From a virus (taxonomy: Duplodnaviria > Caudoviricetes): a stretch of DNA of 46,686 nucleotides. The stretch lies in the IMG/VR virus record IMGVR_UViG_3300027697_000031, positions 1 to 46,686 of that record, one strand, 5' to 3'. Below are positions 45,747 to 46,686 of the stretch, in pieces. The notes under the pieces are model-generated. The model saw only the letters and a list, made by a program, of their open reading frames with translations, did no database searches and had not been told where the DNA came from. Made by a program: the position numbers and the translations under genes. Numbering within the stretch: the stretch's first letter is position 1; each line of letters starts with the position of its first letter.

Positions 45747-46685
45747 TTATCCCAATGCAATTGCCAAGGCCACAGCAGTACCTGCCGGGTCAGCGTCTAA
45801 AGTTACATACTCAACATCTGTCGCACCACTATTTACCCGCACATACTTGCCGCCGTTAGTAGCAAATGCTGGCAGCAGCGCAGCCCTGGCCGCAGCCGCT
45901 GTCGTGGCGCTTGTACCGCCCTGGGCAATCGATAACGCCGTGGTCAGCCCAGACAGAGAAGTGATGTCGCTGTTGGCCCCGGCATTGGCTTTGGTATTTA
46001 ACGCGCCAATGTTGTTAGCAACCGTAGTAATGTCAGCAGAAATCGGCGCAAGTGTCGAGACATCGGCAGACACACCGGCCACCGTGGTGACATTGCCAGA
46101 TATACCGGCAACAGTAGTCACATTTGCAGCAACCCCAGCAACCGTAGTCACATTGCTTGATATGCCAGCCACCGTAGTGACATTGGCTGCAATCCCTGAA
46201 ACCGTTGACACGCTAGATGAAATGCCAGATACCGTACTAACGGCTGACGATATGCCTGCCACCGTGGTGACATTGGCGCTGATCCCAGCAACCGTGTTTA
46301 CATTGGCAATGTTCGTGCCAACAGTATTGATGTTGGCAATGTTATTGGCGCAGACCTCAATCTCAGATACGGCCTCATTGAGATCATTGGCCGTGGTAAT
46401 AATTTGAGCAATGTCGGTAGCACAAGTATTAACGCTGGCAATGTTCGTTGCCACCGTGGTGACATCTGCTATATCTGCTGCAACTGTTCCAATATCTGTT
46501 GCGTCTGCTGCAACTGCTGTGACATTTGCTGCAATTCCAGCGACTGTCGTGACATTTCCAGATATGCCAGCAACTGTGGTGACATTGGCTGAGATTCCTG
46601 CAACGGTAGTGACATTGCCTGAAATACCTGCAACTGTTGTGACATTAGCCGCGACCCCAGCAACCGTGCTGACATCTGCAATGTC
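45747..46685 (-). CDS. Tail fibre-like protein with 10-aa repeats, 5' truncated by window edge
   Basis: Frame is open to the window edge; many NVTTVAGISA-type repeats; GANSDITSL.GL and GGT.ATTAA.AR motifs; C-terminal ALAIALG. Confidence 0.8.
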   Translation of the reverse strand, partial: DIADVSTVAGVAANVTTVAGISGNVTTVAGISANVTTVAGISGNVTTVAGIAANVTAVAADATDIGTVAADIADVTTVATNIASVNTCATDIAQIITTANDLNEAVSEIEVCANNIANINTVGTNIANVNTVAGISANVTTVAGISSAVSTVSGISSSVSTVSGIAANVTTVAGISSNVTTVAGVAANVTTVAGISGNVTTVAGVSADVSTLAPISADITTVANNIGALNTKANAGANSDITSLSGLTTALSIAQGGTSATTAAAARAALLPAFATNGGKYVRVNSGATDVEYVTLDADPAGTAVALAIALG

Positions 46686-46686
46686 T

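Noticed and set aside
26453-46592. Numerous plus-strand ORFs opposite the virion genes (for example 43247..43876 and 45742..46407)
   Set aside because: These are antisense shadows of Ala/Gly/Thr-rich genes, with no SD or recognisable motifs.
43981-46686. Diversity-generating retroelement acting on tail fibres
   Set aside because: No reverse transcriptase in the window and no adenine-specific TR/VR repeat pair seen.

Overview
This window is most of one tailed-phage genome of podovirus type, with no bacterial genes. Both ends fall inside virion genes. The minus strand carries packaging and head genes (terS, terL, portal, scaffold, major capsid; 1-6836). It also carries tail, lysis and ejection genes (26020-46686), including a 2701-aa polyvalent internal virion protein. 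The plus strand carries an early region of small ORFs (7.1-16.9 kb) with a MoxR AAA+/DUF3150-like/vWA-metallopeptidase triad. This is followed by a replication module: PolA with Leu762, PD-(D/E)XK nuclease, VRR-NUC, SNF2 helicase, SSB-like protein, HTH protein and a primase-DUF927 helicase. I saw no integrase, RNA polymerase, tRNA, CRISPR array or reverse transcriptase. The most striking unannotated signal is a ~70-nt putative small RNA downstream of terL. It has its own extended -10 promoter and terminator and displays two anti-Shine-Dalgarno motifs, one a 10-nt copy of the 16S rRNA 3' end. Other signals are a 59-aa basic gene overprinted inside the giant ejection protein, a duplicated promoter-leader-gene early cassette with an rrn-like boxB/boxA, hairpin-punctuated micro-ORFs, and an iteron-like origin whose motifs recur at the late promoter. 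All family names come from motif recognition only; no database search was run.
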